A program made the translations under genes and the position numbers. This document shows, piece after piece, positions 47,492 to 57,320 of a stretch of 64,000 nucleotides of DNA (position 1 is its first letter; the number at the start of each line of letters is the position of its first letter). Origin of the DNA: Candidatus Latescibacterota bacterium (lineage in GTDB: Bacteria > Latescibacterota > UBA2968 > GCA-2709665); the NCBI GenBank assembly GCA_965248435.1, contig OZ252100.1:3488001-3552000 (forward strand), read 5' to 3'. Below the pieces are notes generated by a model, which had not been told where the DNA came from, made no database searches, and saw only the letters and a program-made list of their open reading frames with translations.

Positions 47492-47591
47492 GGGGACACA
47501 CCTCCGATTACTTTTGGAGGAGGAGGGCCCGCCAGCCCTCCTCCCCTGGTTCTCTCCGAACGCCCGCTACAACTGCGCGGGCGTCAGATTA

Positions 47592-49559
47592 TTACTGTTT
47601 AAGGTTGACTGTCTCGGCCAGGATCTGATCCGTCGTGGTCACCACCCGGGCGTTCGCCTGGAACCCCCGCTGGGAGACGATCAAATCGGTAAATTCCTGG
47701 GCCAGATCGACGTTGGAGAGCTCGAGTGCCCCGGCTGTGATCTGGGACTCGATCGTCTCCGCCGCGATCTCGATCAGCGGCGGGCCTGTGTTCTCCGTCT
47801 CGGAGAAGATGTTTCCACCGAGACGGTTCAGACCCCCCGGGTTGTCGAAGTTGGCCAGGTTGACCCTCGCCAGGTTCAGGGTCTCGCCGTTCGTGAACCG
47901 TCCCTCGACCACACCGTCCACCCCGATGAAGAGGGTATCCAGACGTCCGGCGGACCGGCCGTTCTGGTCGACCACATCGGCCGTGGATGGGGCGGCGAAC
48001 TGGGTCAATCCGTTGATCCCACGTTCGGGAACCGAGAGACCGGTAAACTCGATCTTGAGCGGCAGGACCTCGCCGTCGGGCGTAAACTCGACGAGCGTGC
48101 CCTCACCCTCGATCGGCGTGAAGGACCGGACGGAGCCGTCCTCGTCGAAGACGACGACACCGGTCCCGCCAGAGGTGGGGAACTGGTTGTCGATCTTCGT
48201 CGTGTAGGTCCACCTGTTCGCGACCGTCGTCCTGGCCAGGGTGATGTCCATCACGTGCGTCCGGCCCTGGGAGTCGAAGATGATCGTGCTGATCTCGTGC
48301 TCCGTCAGGCCGGCCGTGCCGATCAGGCCGCTTCCTGAGCCCTGGTCATCCATGGTGATGTTCATCGTGAACCCGGTGACCGAGCCTCCGGCCGCCTCCT
48401 GGAGCGCGATCTTTCCGGTCAGGTCCAGACTGCCCGTCACGCTGTCGCCGAAGGCGGCGGCGACCGTGTCGAGGAAGTTCTGGACCGTATCCGTCAAGGG
48501 AGTCGCGACCGTGAAGGTGCCGTTGAACGAGCTGCCGTCGGCCCGTGTGCCGCTGAACCGAAGGACGTCGCCGGCATCGAAGGCGGTGCCCACCTGGGCC
48601 AGGTCGTTCAGCAGGGTGGTGCCGCTGGCCACATTACTGGCGGTTCCGGCTGCGCCGAAGACCAGGGTCGCCAGCGCAGTGCCCGTGCCGACATCGGCCA
48701 GCGTGAGCTGAACGCCGCTGCCGCCGCTGGTCGTGCGGATCTGCACGGAACCGGCCGCGGCCGGGTCCTCCTGGACGACGACCGCGCCTGCCAGCCGCTC
48801 GTTGCCGGAGATGGCCGCGTTGAAGGCGTCCACGAACTTGTCGATCGTGAGGTAGGTCGTGTCGGGGATCGTGACGATCCCGCTGGTGACGCCCTCAGGC
48901 GCTGTGATCGTGATCTCTATCTGCTGCGGAGTCGCTACCGTGACCGGAAACCCGGGTCCCCCCGAGATCACGGAAGCGGTTGCAAACTCTGTGCCTATCG
49001 TCAACGCGGGGATCGGTCCTGGATCGACGTTACCCGACAGGCTGAGCCTCGATGTGGCGACGCCGGCGATCTCCCGGTTGAGATCGAGCTGGATGTTTTC
49101 GAGTCCGGTGGTGGCTCCGAATTGCCCCTCGGCATCGGCGATATTACCCTGTACAACCATGCCGTTGCTGGGGTTGACGAGCCGACCCAGGGCGTCGAAT
49201 GCGAACGCCCCGTCGCGGGTGTAGAACCTGGTTACGCCATCGCTGAGGATGAAGAAGCCGTCCCCCTCGATGGCCAGGTCCGTCTCCCGGCCGGTGGTCT
49301 GCAGGCTGCCTTGAATGAAGGACGTATCGATGCTCTTGAGGCGTACCCCGATCCCAATCTGGGAGGGGTTTGTGCCCGAGCGGGACCCTCTGGGTCCTGT
49401 GGCCTCCTTCACGGTCTGTGCCAGCAGTTCCTCGAAGTTTGCCCGACGCGTCTTGAAACCCGTGGTGTTGATGTTGGCAATGTTATCGGCCACCACGTTT
49501 GTTCGGGATTGGTGTGCCTGGATCCCAGACAGACCTGTAAACAACGAGTTACCAGACAT
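47592..49559 (-). CDS. flgE: Flagellar hook protein FlgE (about 655 aa, large central insertion)
   Basis: SLFTGLSG..NIANINTTGFK, DLAIEGDGFF, YTRDGAF, LELSNVDLAQEF..QRGFQANA. Confidence 0.93.
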   Translation of the reverse strand: MSGNSLFTGLSGIQAHQSRTNVVADNIANINTTGFKTRRANFEELLAQTVKEATGPRGSRSGTNPSQIGIGVRLKSIDTSFIQGSLQTTGRETDLAIEGDGFFILSDGVTRFYTRDGAFAFDALGRLVNPSNGMVVQGNIADAEGQFGATTGLENIQLDLNREIAGVATSRLSLSGNVDPGPIPALTIGTEFATASVISGGPGFPVTVATPQQIEITITAPEGVTSGIVTIPDTTYLTIDKFVDAFNAAISGNERLAGAVVVQEDPAAAGSVQIRTTSGGSGVQLTLADVGTGTALATLVFGAAGTASNVASGTTLLNDLAQVGTAFDAGDVLRFSGTRADGSSFNGTFTVATPLTDTVQNFLDTVAAAFGDSVTGSLDLTGKIALQEAAGGSVTGFTMNITMDDQGSGSGLIGTAGLTEHEISTIIFDSQGRTHVMDITLARTTVANRWTYTTKIDNQFPTSGGTGVVVFDEDGSVRSFTPIEGEGTLVEFTPDGEVLPLKIEFTGLSVPERGINGLTQFAAPSTADVVDQNGRSAGRLDTLFIGVDGVVEGRFTNGETLNLARVNLANFDNPGGLNRLGGNIFSETENTGPPLIEIAAETIESQITAGALELSNVDLAQEFTDLIVSQRGFQANARVVTTTDQILAETVNLKQ

Positions 49560-49586
49560 CTCTTGTGACCTCCATAGAGATGGTAT

Positions 49587-49641
49587 CCACTGCCTCAATC
49601 GATCGGCAGCGGTGGGGCCTCCTCACTTGAGGTCCAGCCCC
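49587..49641 (-). ncRNA. Candidate cis-regulatory two-hairpin RNA in the flgE leader
   Basis: GGGC-TGGA-CCTCAAGTGAGG-AG-GCCC followed by CCGCTGCC-GATCGATTGA-GGCAGTGG, just upstream of the flgE RBS. Confidence 0.5.
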
Positions 49642-49739
49642 GGGGTGGTCCAACCTCCCAACCGCCCGTTCCCGTTAAAAAGTAAGGCGTTCGCTACTCA
49701 ACGTCAAACTCCGCGATCAAGCAGGGTTGTCGATCCGCC

Positions 49740-50168
49740 TTATTGGAGGACGACGGCACTGTCGATGTTGGTGAAGACGCTTTCCCGCATACGCTCACCA
49801 TCCATGGCGGTGACGACCGTCCGGTTGACGACGCTGACGACGAGCGCCAGGTCATCCGTCCGGGATGCGCCCGGGATCAGCACGAGGGCGTCTCTAGCAC
49901 CCTTGGCTGCGGCGCGGTCGACCGCATCATTCAGCCTGTCCATGGCCTGCTGCGTAAACTGGATATCCCTTGAGGTGAGCCGGTCCATGGCGTGGTTGGA
50001 GAATTGGAGCGCCTTTCCCTGGCCGATCTCCTTTTGAAACATCTCCTGGAAGGTGGGGGTCCCACGCTTCCCGACCGGATCCTGCCTCTTCGACGACTCG
50101 CCGATGGGGTCATGCCGCCCGATCCGGGGATCGAACGCGTGACGACCCAGGTGGTCGATCCGGTTCAT
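49740..50168 (-). CDS. Flagellar operon protein (TIGR02530-like)
   Basis: LQFSNHAMDRL..R.I, KGARDALVL, LVVSV.NRTVVTAMD, VFTNIDSAV. Confidence 0.88.
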   Translation of the reverse strand: MNRIDHLGRHAFDPRIGRHDPIGESSKRQDPVGKRGTPTFQEMFQKEIGQGKALQFSNHAMDRLTSRDIQFTQQAMDRLNDAVDRAAAKGARDALVLIPGASRTDDLALVVSVVNRTVVTAMDGERMRESVFTNIDSAVVLQ

Positions 50169-50180
50169 GGTTAACCTCCT

Positions 50181-50852
50181 TTAGAATATCCGAGTCACTG
50201 CTGAAAGCGGGGCTTCTCCGCCATCCAACGTCAGGATGGGGACCCCGTCTTCGTAGCGGACTCCTGTGACTTGGCCGGTTAAGGCCGCTGAGATGGTTAC
50301 CGGATTGCCCTGACCGTTCACGGCGGCGGAGACGATATGAAATTCTCCTGCCTCAACCACCTGCCCTACGGCATCCCTGCCGTCCCAAATCAGCGATCCG
50401 TTGCCTTCATTGGGCGAGAACTCGGTCAGCGTGCGGACGTGGTCGCCGCCCGCGTCGAAAATCAGGATGTCTACCTGATTGGCAGGACCCGCCAGGTGGT
50501 ACCCGAGTTCCACCGATCCGCCCCCTGAGTAGGCGACGGTATCCGTGGGGATTTCCACACCCTTGCCGATCAAGGAAACAGCTGTGTTGCCCTCGATGGC
50601 CTGGCGGAGATCCAACGTGGCCACCGCTTCGTCATCCGAAGAGACGGCCTTGTTGATGTGCTGAAGCTGTTCAAGAGAACTGAACTGCGCCAGCTGCGCG
50701 AGGAAATCCTGATTCTTCACGGGCTCCATGGGGTCCTGGTTCTGGAGTTGCACCAGCAGCAGCTTTAGGAAGGCATCCTGACCCAGGTTCTGGTTTTGTA
50801 CCAGCGATTGGGTAATCGATTCCTGCTGTTCTGGTGCGATGGGATCAACCAA
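50181..50852 (-). CDS. flgD: Flagellar hook capping protein FlgD
   Basis: LGQDAFLKLLLVQLQNQDPMEP..FLAQLAQFSSLEQ, AVSLIGK, WDGRD. Confidence 0.95.
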   Translation of the reverse strand: MVDPIAPEQQESITQSLVQNQNLGQDAFLKLLLVQLQNQDPMEPVKNQDFLAQLAQFSSLEQLQHINKAVSSDDEAVATLDLRQAIEGNTAVSLIGKGVEIPTDTVAYSGGGSVELGYHLAGPANQVDILIFDAGGDHVRTLTEFSPNEGNGSLIWDGRDAVGQVVEAGEFHIVSAAVNGQGNPVTISAALTGQVTGVRYEDGVPILTLDGGEAPLSAVTRIF

Positions 50853-50897
50853 AGTTATTCACCTCCTTCCGATGATATCTTGGTTTCAATTTCGAGT

Positions 50898-53675
50898 CTA
50901 AGCGGTGAAATCCACGCCTCCGTCCTGAGGGGTGGAACCCCTTTGCCGGGATTCTTCCCACGGGTCGCGACGCTGCCGCGAATTGTCGCTGTCCTCTTCC
51001 GCCTTCCTGTCGGAGGCGTCCCGTGAAGAGGGCGAGGCGGGTTCTCGATCTGCCCCGGCCGATCCTCGCTGGTCGATCGAGACTTCGATCTGGTCGACCC
51101 GCACTCCCTGATTGACGAGGGATTCCGTCAGATCAGCCAAGTTGCCTCGCACGACCTGGTAGGCTTCGCGGTTCCCGACAGCGATTTCACCGGTTACCGT
51201 ATCGTTTACTGTCGCCAGCTTTATCGTGACTTCACCCAGCTCGGGTGGGTCCAACCGCAGGGTGACCTGGGTGGTGCCGTCACGAGAGAGGAGCCGCGCA
51301 CCCCGGACGAGCTGATCGGTGACCCGATGGGTCTCCTGCAGCACCTCGGGGCCAGGGCCTCTCTGTTGGACCGGCTCATTTCCCGTCAGCTGTGAGGGAC
51401 GCGGGGATGAAGGGGCCTGAACGGCCTGTGTCGGTCTTGCTGACACCGGTTCTCGAACCTCTTGAATCCGCTGGCCCTCGGGCTTCGGGGTTGCGTCCTG
51501 CTCGGAGTCGAGTGGCTGGGAGAATCTCCCCGCCTCTCTCTCCGGAGTTTGAGGCGTGTCGCCCGAACGCAACTGGACGATTTCCTCACCGTCGGCTTCG
51601 GGTTGGTCCTGCGTAGCGCTGGCACTCACCTGCGCCTTGCGGGACGCCTGTGGATCGACCGACACAACCCGTTTTGGCTCGACCTGGAGGGTCGGGCGTG
51701 CGGGCTCCTGCCGATGCTCAGCTTGTGGCTGAGCCGGCATTGCCCCGGGCTCGGTCTCCAGTCTCGCTGACGGTTCTGCTTTGGTTCCATTCGCTTCGCC
51801 TGTCCCTGTCGGGTGGTGACGCACGACATTCGGCTCGGCAGGCCCGGGCTGGAGTTTGGACTCCAGCGCGGGTTGATGGGTCGTCCTGGCTGCCGATTTG
51901 GCGACGTCAACAGGCCTCTCCTCGCCGGCCGTCCAGCTTACCTGTGGGCGATCCGGAACAGGAGCCGCTTGGGAATCAGCGGTCCTGCCGGTCTCCGAAG
52001 GAACAGACGACTGGCTTACAGAACCATCCATGTGGGTCTCAGGACTTGGGTGACCTGAATTTCTGGAGGCCTCCTGGCTGTGAACCCACCTGGGTTGGAC
52101 ATCATTTCTCACAAAGCTTCCAGCTGTTGGCGGGTCCCGATCTGCCGAGACTGCCACCTCCCCTGCCGACGCTGCAATAACACCTGCCAGAGGAGATGTG
52201 GCTGAACGACCCCCGCCCGATTCCACGACGCCCTCAGACGATTCCTGTTGGAACGGCATGACCCTGGGAGGAGAGTCGTTCATCCTTCCCTGGGGCAGCC
52301 TCCCGGACGCGAAGACCCCGGGTTGCTGATCGCTCAGCTTTCCCTGGGCCGAAGGCGTCCCGGACCCACCCGGTTCAGGCGGTTCGGGCTGGGACGTAAA
52401 GACCCCGGGTTGCTGATCGCTCAGCTTTCCCTGGGCCGAAGGCGTCCCGGACCCGCCCGGTTCAGGCGGTTTGGGCTGGGACGTAAAGACCCCGGGTTGC
52501 TGATCGCTCAGCTTTCCCTGGGCCGAAGGCGTCCCGGACCCACCCGGTTCAGGCGGTTCGGGCTGGGACGTAAAGACCCCGGGTTGCTGATCGCTCAGCT
52601 TTCCCTGGGCCGAAGGCGTCCCGGACCCGCCCGGTTCAGGCGGTTCGGGCTGGAATTCAACAGCGAGAAGTGATTCGTTCGGACGCACCTGACGGAGTAC
52701 CCCTGAGGATTCCGGTATTCCACCCTCGGACTGCTCTCCAAATAGGGGGTCTACCGGCGGTTGTCCACGTTGAGGGTTCTTCAAGTGTCCGAACGATTCT
52801 GATTCCGTGTCTTCCGGCGGCATTTCCGGTTTCAGGAGCACGGGTTGAGCGGGGTGCGGTCGAGATGATGCTTCGCCCCCGGCCCATCCGCCGTTCCCTT
52901 CCGAACCAAATCGTTCGAGAACGGGCTGGATTCCAAAACTCGGTCCTGAAATGAACGGGATGCCGCCCGACGGGACGGAGTCGGAAGACAGAATGCCTCC
53001 GCCGTCCCCCTCGGCCCTTCGAGGAGGTTCGACCTGCGAACTTCCCTGATCCTGGGTCGCGGGGATCTCTCCGGAATTCGGATGCTCCACTGGCTCAGGC
53101 GATTCCCTTCGCAGGAGGGTGACGTGGCCGGCTTCTACCGGTCCGTTCGTGACCCGGCCAGAAGGGCCGGGGTCGGTTTCACGTTCCTGCAGCACGGGAT
53201 TCGTATGATCCAAAACAGCGTCCTTCAGTCTCTCAAGACCTTTACCGGAAAGTGGGTGCTCCTTGGGATTCCTCGACTCACCATCCTGGATTTCCTCCGG
53301 AATGGCGGGGTCCTGGTCTCGGGCAGGCGCGGGTCTTTCTGCCTGGCCCCATCCAAGCGCCGAGGAGAGGTTCTCTCCTTCCTGAGCAGGTGGCTCTGAC
53401 TCCGCGCCCCATTCTGGTAGCTTTGGGGCGTTCGGATCTGTCCGGAGCGACCTGTCGGCCAAGATTCCTTCGATGAGCTTGGCCAATGAAGGATACACCG
53501 TTTGTGAGCCCCCGGTCGGCGAGGCCTGTCCCAGGTGCGCATCCAAGTCCTGCTGCGCCTGCTGAAGCGCTTCCTGGAACGGAGAATCCTGACTGCCGAA
53601 GAGTGCAGCATTCCCCGAAGGTCCCGTCGTGTTTTCAACCTCCGCCTCTAAGAGTTGGAGTGGATTGAGCAACAT
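50898..53675 (-). CDS. fliK: Flagellar hook-length control protein FliK (about 925 aa)
   Basis: Long P/S/E/G-rich region; C-terminal VTLRLDPPELGEV..L..SL..QG; ends GGVDFTA; lies before flgD. Confidence 0.88.
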   Translation of the reverse strand: MLLNPLQLLEAEVENTTGPSGNAALFGSQDSPFQEALQQAQQDLDAHLGQASPTGGSQTVYPSLAKLIEGILADRSLRTDPNAPKLPEWGAESEPPAQEGENLSSALGWGQAERPAPARDQDPAIPEEIQDGESRNPKEHPLSGKGLERLKDAVLDHTNPVLQERETDPGPSGRVTNGPVEAGHVTLLRRESPEPVEHPNSGEIPATQDQGSSQVEPPRRAEGDGGGILSSDSVPSGGIPFISGPSFGIQPVLERFGSEGNGGWAGGEASSRPHPAQPVLLKPEMPPEDTESESFGHLKNPQRGQPPVDPLFGEQSEGGIPESSGVLRQVRPNESLLAVEFQPEPPEPGGSGTPSAQGKLSDQQPGVFTSQPEPPEPGGSGTPSAQGKLSDQQPGVFTSQPKPPEPGGSGTPSAQGKLSDQQPGVFTSQPEPPEPGGSGTPSAQGKLSDQQPGVFASGRLPQGRMNDSPPRVMPFQQESSEGVVESGGGRSATSPLAGVIAASAGEVAVSADRDPPTAGSFVRNDVQPRWVHSQEASRNSGHPSPETHMDGSVSQSSVPSETGRTADSQAAPVPDRPQVSWTAGEERPVDVAKSAARTTHQPALESKLQPGPAEPNVVRHHPTGTGEANGTKAEPSARLETEPGAMPAQPQAEHRQEPARPTLQVEPKRVVSVDPQASRKAQVSASATQDQPEADGEEIVQLRSGDTPQTPEREAGRFSQPLDSEQDATPKPEGQRIQEVREPVSARPTQAVQAPSSPRPSQLTGNEPVQQRGPGPEVLQETHRVTDQLVRGARLLSRDGTTQVTLRLDPPELGEVTIKLATVNDTVTGEIAVGNREAYQVVRGNLADLTESLVNQGVRVDQIEVSIDQRGSAGADREPASPSSRDASDRKAEEDSDNSRQRRDPWEESRQRGSTPQDGGVDFTA
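52305..52652 (-). repeat. Intragenic tandem repeat, 87 bp x4, in fliK
   Basis: Four near-identical copies of QPEPPEPGGSGTPSAQGKLSDQQPGVFTS at 87-nt spacing. Confidence 0.95.
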
Positions 53676-53773
53676 GGGATGAATCTCCAATTGGGACTCT
53701 GGTAAACCGCAATTGCCAAGCGATAGTCCTACAACTGGAAGTATGTGAAAGATCGGTGCCGTGAATCCGAACA

Positions 53774-54349
53774 TTATTGTTTGCCTCCACCCTTTCCCTC
53801 CAGGAGCTGTGCGGAGAGACTGGCTTTTCGTTCGTCGTTGGCGAGGCCGTTCAGGATTCTGGCGGCTTGACGCTCGTCTAGCGTTGGAAGGATTTCAAGC
53901 ACCATTTGGTCGCTCATCTGGTCCATGATGGCGGCCGCGTCAGCGGGGCGCATCGCTCCGTAGAGTGTCGTAAGCTGTTCCAACCGCTCGGATCGGAGCT
54001 TGCTCTTGTCTTCACTCCCGGATTCGCCCTGCTGAATGAGGTCCTTGACCTCCGTGGAAAGCGAGTCTCTGACCTGAACCAGGACTTTCTGCTCATCGAC
54101 GAGCCTTTGGAGATCGCCTTGGAGTTCCTCCTTCTGCTGCTGCAAAAGCATCAGAGCGTCTTGTTCCTCGGAGACTTCTCCGGCCCTTAGAAACGCACTT
54201 TGACTGCCGGGCATCTCTCCCAACAACAGGGCACGTGCTTCGTCCACGTTTTCTACAACGCCTGTGGCGAAGAGCATGACCAGCCCGATGGCTGAGAACG
54301 AGAGACCCATACCGATAAGCAGCAGCAGCACGAGTGCGAGCTTTTTCAT
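53774..54349 (-). CDS. MotE/YlxF/FlbB-like protein (TM, coiled coil, MgtE_N-like C-terminus)
   Basis: LTTLYGAMRPADAAAIMDQM..ILPTLDERQAARIL; lies between fliJ and fliK. Confidence 0.75.
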   Translation of the reverse strand: MKKLALVLLLLIGMGLSFSAIGLVMLFATGVVENVDEARALLLGEMPGSQSAFLRAGEVSEEQDALMLLQQQKEELQGDLQRLVDEQKVLVQVRDSLSTEVKDLIQQGESGSEDKSKLRSERLEQLTTLYGAMRPADAAAIMDQMSDQMVLEILPTLDERQAARILNGLANDERKASLSAQLLEGKGGGKQ

Positions 54350-54512
54350 AAGTTTGGCCGGAAGTCCGCCTTATTATATCCGTGGAAAATCGTTTCCGAC
54401 GTGGCGAGGTCGAGTTTCGAGTCCGGAGGGGTCGATCTGGTCACACTTCTGGATATACGTGGACCTATCTCCCGCCAACGGTTCTCCGTTTTGCCACTAG
54501 CCGGGTGATTCT

Positions 54513-54962
54513 CTACAGATGCGTTCTGTTTGCGCGTCGGTTGGTGCTCTCGTCCATGCGAGCTTGATCCCGACGGCGCTCTGTCTTGCGATACGTCTGG
54601 TAGTCCCGCTCTTTCAGGTTTTCCAGTACCTTTACCTCCTGGACGGTCTTGAGCAGGATTTCCCTCTTCTGATCGGTCACCGATTGGGTGTTTCGTAGAT
54701 TGCGATGCTGCTTCTCTATCTTCCCTTCAAGTCGTTGTAGGTAAGTGCGAGCAAGCTTGAGCTCGGTCGTGTTGATATGCCCCGACTGTTTGGCGCGCAG
54801 TTGATCCAGACAGTCATCTTTCTGGCCCTGGAGCCGGCTGAGATCGGACTCTGTCGATCTCACCCGACGTCTGGCCGCCGCAAGATCTTCGCGATCACGA
54901 TCTTCCTCGCGTTTCTTTGCTTTTTTGACCGATTCCAGTCGCCAGGTGAATCTCCTGGCCAT
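54513..54962 (-). CDS. fliJ: Flagellar export protein FliJ
   Basis: FTWRLESV, coiled coil, VKVLENLKER..DQARMDE. Confidence 0.88.
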   Translation of the reverse strand: MARRFTWRLESVKKAKKREEDRDREDLAAARRRVRSTESDLSRLQGQKDDCLDQLRAKQSGHINTTELKLARTYLQRLEGKIEKQHRNLRNTQSVTDQKREILLKTVQEVKVLENLKERDYQTYRKTERRRDQARMDESTNRRANRTHL

Positions 54963-55174
54963 TCATTGACCCCCGTGTGAGTAGATCGTTGGCTCGTTTG
55001 CTACAACGCTGTCCTCGTGGCTTTCTCCCCGTAGGGTTCTGGCCGCTCCTGCGGCGTCTCTGCAAGACAAGGAGGTCCTCAGACATCCACTAGTGGGATG
55101 TTGACGCACGTATCTCCTTAGCTTTTTGCGAAGTACGGCTAAGCACACAACGATATCGAGTCGACTATGTGGGT

Positions 55175-56488
55175 TTATCCAGTCGCCTGGAGCAGATGAA
55201 TCATCTCCTCGACACTCTGGTCGAATTCGAAATGTTCGTTTACACCCTGTCTCAGAAGCTGATTGATCCGATCGATGTGATCGATCGCGAAGTCGATTTG
55301 TTCGCTGTTTCCCCTTTGGTAAGCGCCTACGTTGATCAGGTCCTCGGCTTCCCGGTGTGTGACCATGATCTCCTTGATCCGATTGGCTCGCTCCATGTGC
55401 TCAGGGGTGACGACTTCGCTCATGACCCTGCTGACGCTTCCGAGTGGATCGATGGCTGGATAATGACCCAGAGCCGCCAGTCTTCGGGAAAGGACGATAT
55501 GACCGTCCAGTATGGCCCTGACGGCATCGGCAACGGGTTCATCGAGATCATCTCCTTCCACGAGGACCGTGTAGAGCCCGGTTATGCTTCCTCGCATTCC
55601 CATTCCTGCTCGCTCCAGCAGCCGGGGGAGGAGGGCGAACGTGGATGGCGTGTAGCCCCGTGTCGTGGGCGGTTCACCGATCGCCAAACCGACTTCCCGC
55701 TGGGCGGTGGCCACGCGGGTGACGGAGTCCATGAGCAGCATCACGTCCTTCCCCTGGTCGCGGAAGTATTCAGCGATGGCCGTCGCGACGTGCGCCCCCT
55801 TGATCCGAACGAGGGCGGGCTGGTCGGATGTCGCAACAACGACGATAGACCGGGCCAGTCCTTCCGGGCCAAGGTCCCGCTCCAGAAACTCTCTGACCTC
55901 CCTTCCGCGTTCACCGATGAGCGCAATGACGCTGATATCTGCGTCCGAGTGTTTGGCAAGCATACCCAGGAGAACGCTCTTTCCGATACCGCTGCCGGAG
56001 AAGATCCCGACCCTTTGTCCTTTCCCACACGTGAGCAACGTGTCGACTGCCCGGATGCCGGTTCCGAGGGGTTCCTGAATGCGGCGTCGGGTCATTGGAT
56101 CGGGTGGGGGGCTGGAGGCCGGGCGTTTCTCACTGCTCCAGATCGGTCCCTTCCCGTCGATAGGTTCTCCCAGGCCGTTGATGACTCGCCCGAGGAGCTC
56201 GTCACCGACGCGAACCGCGAAGGGTTCATCCATGGCCGTTACGCGGCTTCCCGGGGCGATGCCCTGCATTTCTCCGAGGGGCATCATCAGCACCCTATTC
56301 TCTTTGAATCCGACGACCTCGGTAAAGACGGGTGTCCCGCCTTCAGGACCGTCAATGCGGCAGGACTCTCCGATGGATACTGGAGGCCCGTTCGTTTCAA
56401 TGACGAGTCCGACGACCTGGCTAACTTTGCCCCTTATGCGGATGGGTTCGGCAGCCTCAACTGCTCGAATCATCCGATTCGTGTTCAT
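55175..56488 (-). CDS. fliI: Flagellar export ATPase FliI
   Basis: GQRVGIFSGSGIGKS, IGERGREV, MDSVTR, GEPPTTRGY, LDGHIVLSR. Confidence 0.96.
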   Translation of the reverse strand: MNTNRMIRAVEAAEPIRIRGKVSQVVGLVIETNGPPVSIGESCRIDGPEGGTPVFTEVVGFKENRVLMMPLGEMQGIAPGSRVTAMDEPFAVRVGDELLGRVINGLGEPIDGKGPIWSSEKRPASSPPPDPMTRRRIQEPLGTGIRAVDTLLTCGKGQRVGIFSGSGIGKSVLLGMLAKHSDADISVIALIGERGREVREFLERDLGPEGLARSIVVVATSDQPALVRIKGAHVATAIAEYFRDQGKDVMLLMDSVTRVATAQREVGLAIGEPPTTRGYTPSTFALLPRLLERAGMGMRGSITGLYTVLVEGDDLDEPVADAVRAILDGHIVLSRRLAALGHYPAIDPLGSVSRVMSEVVTPEHMERANRIKEIMVTHREAEDLINVGAYQRGNSEQIDFAIDHIDRINQLLRQGVNEHFEFDQSVEEMIHLLQATG

Positions 56489-57314
56489 CCGCTTCGCCTT
56501 CCCTCCGGATCTCATCGATCAGGACTGTCTTGAGTCTTTCGATTCGTTCCTCTATTTGGGCATCGACATCGCCCTTCGGCGTTTCGACAATGCAGCCTCC
56601 GGGTGAGATATCGCCGTCGGACTCGATGATCAGCTCTTGAATGCCTTCGAGTGCTTGGAGCCAATCGTTTCGGTGCTGCCTGATGGTCTCAAGGTTATCG
56701 GGATGCACTTTGATCACGACCTGGGACTTGTCCTGCAGGTGATCAAGGCACTCCCGAACGGCCTCGAGTATCGGCTCCTCCCGAACTTCTACGGCTTCTC
56801 CGATGATTTTCCTCGATATGGCGAGTACGAGATCGACCAGTGACTGGTCGGAATCCTTGTAGCGGGTCTTCCACTGGGCGCCGAGGTCCTCCAGGACGGA
56901 TTTGAATCGGTCGATCTCTTCCTGGCTCTGGTCCTGGCCTTCCTTCAACCCTTCGGAGCGTCCATCTTCGAACCCGGACTTGTAGGCTTCCTCCTTTTCT
57001 CGCTGGAAGCGTTCCTCGAATTCCTTGAGGCGCTCCTCGACGAGGGCTTCTACCTCGAGGGCAGAAGGCTGCGCCTCTTCGACGGGTTCCTGGCCCTCTT
57101 CGGGCGCTTCGAGTGCGGGCTCCCCCTCTTCCGCGGGTTGCGCTTCTTCTGACTGCTCTCCTTCTGAAGAAGCAACCTGCTCTGCAGACTCCGCGAGATC
57201 GAGGAACTCACCTTCGGCACCTTCGGGTTCAAACTCAGATTCTATTTCACCCAATAGATCCCGTAGTCGTACGGATTGTTCTGAAATTCTGGAGCTGCGA
57301 ATGACCTTGTCCAT
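56457..57314 (-). CDS. fliH: Flagellar assembly protein FliH
   Basis: AYKSGFEDGRSEGLKEG GxxxG repeats; VHPD; GGCIVETPKGDVDA. Confidence 0.9.
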   Translation of the reverse strand: MDKVIRSSRISEQSVRLRDLLGEIESEFEPEGAEGEFLDLAESAEQVASSEGEQSEEAQPAEEGEPALEAPEEGQEPVEEAQPSALEVEALVEERLKEFEERFQREKEEAYKSGFEDGRSEGLKEGQDQSQEEIDRFKSVLEDLGAQWKTRYKDSDQSLVDLVLAISRKIIGEAVEVREEPILEAVRECLDHLQDKSQVVIKVHPDNLETIRQHRNDWLQALEGIQELIIESDGDISPGGCIVETPKGDVDAQIEERIERLKTVLIDEIRREGEADEHESDDSSS

Positions 57315-57320
57315 CAGAGC

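Noticed and set aside
47518-47545. Strong hairpin after flgE as a terminator
   Set aside because: There is no U-tract on the coding strand; it is more likely an mRNA stability or processing stem.
38635-48338. Long plus-strand ORFs (431, 407, 290, 289 and 582 aa) and the 454-aa ORF at 55169
   Set aside because: They are antisense shadows of well-supported flagellar genes, typical of high-GC codon bias, and have no recognisable motifs.
52305-52652. Repeat as a possible CRISPR array
   Set aside because: The units are contiguous and in frame, with no unique spacers and no cas genes.
53746-53761. CGGCACCGATCTTTCA as a sigma54 promoter for fliK
   Set aside because: The -12 element is TTTC rather than TTGC and no IHF site is evident; too weak to call.
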